Origin: Thermoplasmatota archaeon
GTDB taxonomy: Archaea > Thermoplasmatota > Poseidoniia > Poseidoniales > Poseidoniaceae
DNA length: 60,458 nt
Direction of reading: 5' to 3'
Assembly (NCBI GenBank): GCA_036160735.1
Contig: JAYYDR010000055.1
Coordinates: forward strand, 1-60,458
The position numbers and the translations under genes are program-made. Every line of letters begins with the position of its first letter. Position 1 is the stretch's first letter. Below the pieces are notes generated by a model. The model was not told where the DNA came from. It worked only from the letters and a program-made list of their open reading frames with translations, and did not search any database. Shown here piece by piece: positions 59,341 through 60,458 of the stretch.

Positions 59341-60458
59341 ACCTCCTTTTCTGATTCGGTTTCAATTTCGGTTTCTTCTTCATCATGAGCGAGTAACTCA
59401 GAGACTATTTTCTGCCTCTCCTCAATTTCTTCCGACATGTCTTCTGCCCTTTCAGACAGGGCTAGGAAGCCTGTTGGGTCCGTATCAGACTCTTCTGACT
59501 CCATGTGCTTCAGCAAACCACCAAGGCTCTTGGGAGCCGGTAGAGCATCGGGAACCTCGGGCATTTCTTCAGCGATAATCCTAGCTTCTTCAATTCGCGA
59601 ATGGTTCTTTTCAGCAGCGTTGCTCGCTTCCTTTTCAGCTTCTGCTCCTAATTCGATCGCTCTTTCTCTATCGAAGTCAACAATTCTTCTGGAACATCCA
59701 TCGCCACCATGTGTTATTCCAATATGGTGGTCTGCAAGTTCTAGAGAAACCTTGCGCAGTGTTACCATAATGAACTGTGCCGCTTCACTTCTGTTCCTAC
59801 ATTCTGTAGCGATCAGTTTCGAGTTTGGAACGTCGAGGTTTTGGTCGACTTCATCAAAGTAGTAGAATGGACTTGGATCGTGATCCTGTATTGCGAAAAT
59901 AAGGGAAAGTGAAGCCATTGATTTCTCTCCACCCGATAGTCCTTGAAGTCTAGATTTGTTCGACTTACCTCTCGGCTGGGCCCACATGTCTAATCCACCC
60001 TTGAACGGCTCGTCTGGATTCTCTAGGAATAGTTCACCACGACCGCCATTTGAAAGGCGGTTGTATACGATTTTGAAATTCTCGTTAACTTCTTTGAGAG
60101 TGGACAGGAGACGAGTTTTTCTTTGGCTTTCCAACTTATCTGTAATATCGATAAGTTGCTTTCTTCTCTGTTGTAAAGTCTTGAAATCGTCTTTCATTTC
60201 ATCTAGTCGTGCCTTACAAGCATCGTATTGCTCGATCGCCAGCATGTTGAAGTCGCCAAACTTGTCAAGTTTTCTTCGCAAGGTATTGACAGATTTTTGT
60301 GCATCTCCAACGTTTGGCAAGTCTGCATCTTCTCCTGCCACAGGTATCGATTCTGCAGCCATTTCGACCAGTAGGTCTGCTAGGCTCTGTTCCCTTACTG
60401 CCAGACTGTTTGCGATGTCTTCCGCCATAGAACGGCAATTGATCGCAGAGGTCGCCTT
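59337..60458 (-). CDS. smc: SMC chromosome-condensation ATPase, C-terminal part; gene runs off the window end
   Basis: Coiled-coil followed by the signature LSGGEKSMASLSLIFAIQ and Walker B FYYFDEVDQNLD. The frame is open to position 60458. A 110-aa acidic tail follows the head domain. Confidence 0.9.
   Translation of the reverse strand, partial: KATSAINCRSMAEDIANSLAVREQSLADLLVEMAAESIPVAGEDADLPNVGDAQKSVNTLRRKLDKFGDFNMLAIEQYDACKARLDEMKDDFKTLQQRRKQLIDITDKLESQRKTRLLSTLKEVNENFKIVYNRLSNGGRGELFLENPDEPFKGGLDMWAQPRGKSNKSRLQGLSGGEKSMASLSLIFAIQDHDPSPFYYFDEVDQNLDVPNSKLIATECRNRSEAAQFIMVTLRKVSLELADHHIGITHGGDGCSRRIVDFDRERAIELGAEAEKEASNAAEKNHSRIEEARIIAEEMPEVPDALPAPKSLGGLLKHMESEESDTDPTGFLALSERAEDMSEEIEERQKIVSELLAHDEEETEIETESEKEV

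Overview
Dense (roughly 95% coding) chromosomal segment with about 53 protein genes. I saw no rRNA, tRNA, CRISPR array, transposase or integrase. All homology calls were made by eye from motifs, so no profile search supports them.

The information-processing genes are archaeal: Orc1/Cdc6, an RPA large subunit plus an RPA32-like subunit, Hel308, aIF2-gamma, ribosomal protein S6e, Dph2, a Cgi121-like protein and SMC-ScpA-ScpB. Bacterial-type modules are mixed in: DNA gyrase GyrB/GyrA, class II HMG-CoA reductase, a class II CCA-adding enzyme and TldD/PmbA.

This mix, together with the acidic proteins, large secreted PKD-domain peptidases and an acyl-CoA dehydrogenase, suggests a marine planktonic euryarchaeon (Thermoplasmatota / Marine Group II-like). 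That placement is an inference. GAGGTG-type Shine-Dalgarno sequences and several TTG/GTG starts occur inside operons.

Best candidates for undescribed biology:
1. A translationally coupled trio on the minus strand (53138-56040). It encodes an ORC/Arch_ATPase-like P-loop protein with a Lys-to-Arg Walker A and a C-terminal winged helix, a W/G-rich repeat protein, and a DUF357-like protein. It sits next to a cluster of seven GTTAA units with a perfect 12-bp palindrome (56102-56194).
2. A pilin-less Tad/Epd-like ATPase with a split platform, packed directly behind the RPA genes (3885-9509).
3. A canonical EF-hand loop on the C-terminus of GyrA, plus an EF-hand pair in a nearby membrane protein.
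4. A divergent gene pair encoding an ESCRT-III/PspA-like coiled-coil protein and a protein with three SAP motifs.
5. Apparent pseudo-enzymes or pseudo-carriers: a HemC-like protein lacking the cofactor Cys, a GcvH-like protein lacking the lipoyl Lys, and a PIMT-like protein with a degenerate SAM motif.
6. A candidate protein-damage operon: HTH_10, PIMT-like, HEAT-repeat and M61/PDZ genes.
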